Below are positions 60,906 to 64,000 of a stretch of DNA of 64,000 nt, in pieces. The position numbers were made by a program, and so were the translations under genes. The notes under the pieces are model-generated. The model saw only the letters and a program-made list of their open reading frames with translations, had not been told where the DNA came from and ran no database searches. The stretch covers positions 1,576,164-1,640,163 of the forward strand of contig JALDTO010000098.1 in assembly GCA_023515725.1 (NCBI GenBank), given 5' to 3'. The stretch's first letter is position 1. Every line of letters begins with the position of its first letter. The DNA is from Amoeboaphelidium protococcarum X5 (Eukaryota; Fungi; Aphelidiomycota).

Positions 60906-63900
60906 TCAAAATGACATACTCATCAATGGCTACGAAGATGCATCATCACTTTAATCAATACGAGAGTAATAGAGTAAGTCATCGACAAACTAATTCATAC
61001 CCAGAGTAAAAGATGGAGAATCACGAACTGGCTTCATAGATTCCATCAGCAGTTACCTGCGTCTTATAGAGACATCATTCTTATCTTAAAGAAATAATGG
61101 TACAGCTTAAGTGTAGAACTGTTACAAATCTCCGCCATTGCTGCCACCATTACTACTACTACAACTGCTTGCAATCACATACAAGAAATGGATAAGTTCA
61201 TCACGCAACAAATCATGACTCTTATCTACCAGCACCGACAAGATCACTCTTACAAACACTGTGAACATATCTTGACGAAAGTGAGCGGATGAGAATAACT
61301 TGCACTTGTTATTAATCTCAATCAGCACCTACATATCCGCCTTGACTAAATCCGGACTGGTGGACTGGAAAGCATTCAACAATATACTTATGAGTCCGTC
61401 AAAGAGTGCACTCTGTTGACTGAAAGAACTTCCACCCACTGCAGATGAGCTATCATTAGGATATATCAACTTCCACTAATTTACGACAATAGACTTTATG
61501 AGTTCAAAGAATACAGGCCGACTCAGTATTGCATTACCTGTATCGATTTACTACAGAACTGGGGCACATCTTCCAATGCAGAATTAACAAACGTCTGGTA
61601 GAATCTACAGTGATACTTTAGACGAGGAGGATGGATCTTCCACCAGAATATTCATGATATTAAAGACATTGTTGAGGATATGCGCGCATTCTTCATTGAT
61701 GTCATTCAATAAGGCGGCGACAGTTTGCTCATTGAAGACAGATAGTAATTGCTAAACAATACCAACCAGCTACTCTTGCGCAATCTAACGTTTAACACAG
61801 GTAACCAACTACAACAGGAATGAGGTGATTGAAAATAGAAGTTTCTCATTCTAATTATATACATTAAGCAGTTAAGCACTAGGACCAACCACATCCCGGA
61901 TGGTGGAGTATAGGATTTAACGCACTGCAGCCTTTTCGCATTCAACGCTCTTTAGAATCGATGATAATATAACAAGGACGTGCGCAATTCTATCCTGAAT
62001 CTCATTATTTGCAAATACAGACTGATTGCTACTCGCTTAACTTAGTAGCTATTTAAATGGATCTACAACACCGGATACAAAGGCTGCATACTCTTACGTG
62101 GTCTCGTTATTCAGATGAGGCAGCAGATTCAACAGAGCCGATGAGACACCAAAGTAGATATTTGCTTTAACTTCATGTGGAATATCCTAACATATCTAGT
62201 GGATATTGGACACGAAATTACCCACATCTCCGTATGAAAAAAGATTCTATGGCTTTACAGTTATACAAATGGACTAGAGTACCTGAGAAGCAGCCAGCTG
62301 CACTCTCTTTGACATTCCCGGCCTGAATACAGCAATACAAGCACTCAATATGTTCTGTGTTAGTTCATCAAACTTCGATAACAAATTCTTATTGTCAATA
62401 TTTCCACCACCATTACTATCTTTACAGCACGCTTTCTATTACAGAGTCGTCAACCAAAAAACATAAGACTGAATTACCAAATACGATTCTGTACACAGCT
62501 TAATGTAGTCATTATGCTCCTAGTTGGCCGCATATCCATTCAGACAATTGCTGATCACATTCAAAAACTTGAGTACAAGACTGAAAGTGGAATCCAGAGA
62601 GGCCTCAAAGTTGTCCACAAATACCTCGGCCAGGTGACCGACAATCTTTGTGGAAGTTCTCAAATCTTTGTAGCTGTACATGATATGAGCAGATTCAGAC
62701 AAGGACTTTTACTGCATGCCTTATAACTACTATTATTACAAAGCGATTATCTATTAAAAAGTGGCCACTTGTCTCTCATACATTTCCCAAATCACCTGAA
62801 TCACTTCCTGAGGATACAGCTTCAGAGTAGGCTCCAGGATAGATAAACATTCGTCAATGAACATGTCCATATCAGTCTAACCACTAGAGTTCTCCGCTGC
62901 ATCTTCAATATCCTGCAGGAAGGATGGATTCACGGTATACTACATCTTGGCTAATAAGTTAAGACTCAACATAAGCATACCTTATTTCAACTTTTAATGA
63001 GTCTAAGACTAAGGAATTTATTGCTATTACAACTATCGAGAAGCAGGAGACTACAACGTCTCTTGACTATACTGAATAAACAAGACAATCTGGTGCCAGA
63101 TGAGTAAGCATTCTCTGAACGCGAGCACGTCAGGTTACTGCATTGTGAACTTGTACATCAATTCCAATAGATTGGGAAGTGGCAAGTTTTATAGACGCTC
63201 AATCTTCCCCAGGCAATTCTACATGAATAGCGTTAGCAATTCAGCAAACCTGGATCGATACTCATCATCCAAATCATCCATCAGACTGTTATCCGAATCA
63301 TCAGTTAAATGCTTAAGCACCTCATAAATATGCAAGAATATGACAGTCACGTACTCGTTACTTTGTGGTGGCATAAACTTGCGCAATAACAGTTCACTAA
63401 TACAACTCAGCGCAGCATTACCAATCTCGACACTAGTGGAATCATTCACGTGCACAAGTTTAAAAACTGTATCCAGCAGATATATGTTTAAGCACTGCTA
63501 ACCACTGGCAGTATCCAGTGGAATATGAGTAAAAATGAGGACAATAATATCCAAAGTCAGCACACACAATTCTCTACTCTCAGAATCAAACTATCCTCTT
63601 GGTGTTATCGAAATAGGACTAGTTAAAAGTTGACGCGAATTTACAGAGCTGAGATTTATAGCCATTTGGACCACCTGGGACTGATTGTACTGAGGTGTAG
63701 GAGAATTCGCTTATGGACTGGGCAAGTAGGCCTGTTAGTAACTTGGCTCCCTTCCATCTGCACTAATACTCCGCTAATGCTTAACATCGACGTATGGAAA
63801 CGCAGAACCACCAAATTGAACATTAGAACTACCACTTCCTGCCCCAATTCCATGCTGACCACCGACACTGCCACTGTATATTCCATCCAGTGTAATCTTT

Positions 63901-64000
63901 AATAGATGCAGCACACCCGACATGATGGATCCATAAGATGCAGCATTCTCATTAAAAAGTAAATGCTTCAGTTCCAATTTCCTGGATGAAGACATATCAG
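60906..64000 (-). CDS. XPO6: Exportin-6 (5' end outside window)
   Basis: One frame joining four ORF-track pieces: ALSCISELL, VLVDKSHDLLRDEL and DSPSFT...FVDDLLYY (XPO6 has DLPSFT..LVNDLRYY). Confidence 0.85.

Overview
Gene-dense eukaryotic nuclear DNA read with a non-standard code: TAA and TAG encode Gln and TGA is the only stop (translation-table-6 type). The supplied standard-code ORF track therefore fragments or misses most genes. Re-read with TAR=Gln, the window holds about 40 intact protein genes, including ATP7, OGG1, KDM5, eIF4E2, VIT1, ARPC2, EMC6, CWC27, KIN17, mL43, TAF8, RPL26, an Anp1-family GT, ATG6, katanin p60, PMR1, ABCG, YqgF, MOD5, GCV1, AADAT, SYS1, MRP49, a Zn2Cys6 TF, GET3, UGCG, CDK20, CAF-1A, RPS27, Maf, an SDR, USP7 and XPO6. 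It also holds a U4 snRNA gene and several degenerate effector-like or duplicated relics. Fungal-type genes (Zn2Cys6, Anp1) combined with TAR=Gln point to an aphelid such as Amoeboaphelidium protococcarum; this taxonomy is inferred. The most notable observations are an identical 16-bp element upstream of both cytosolic ribosomal-protein genes (half-site also upstream of U4), an invariant G at -4 of 3' splice sites, an excess of TAA/TAG just before terminal TGA codons, and a bacterial-type YqgF nuclease. All translations and counts were done by eye, so coordinates may be off by a few bases.
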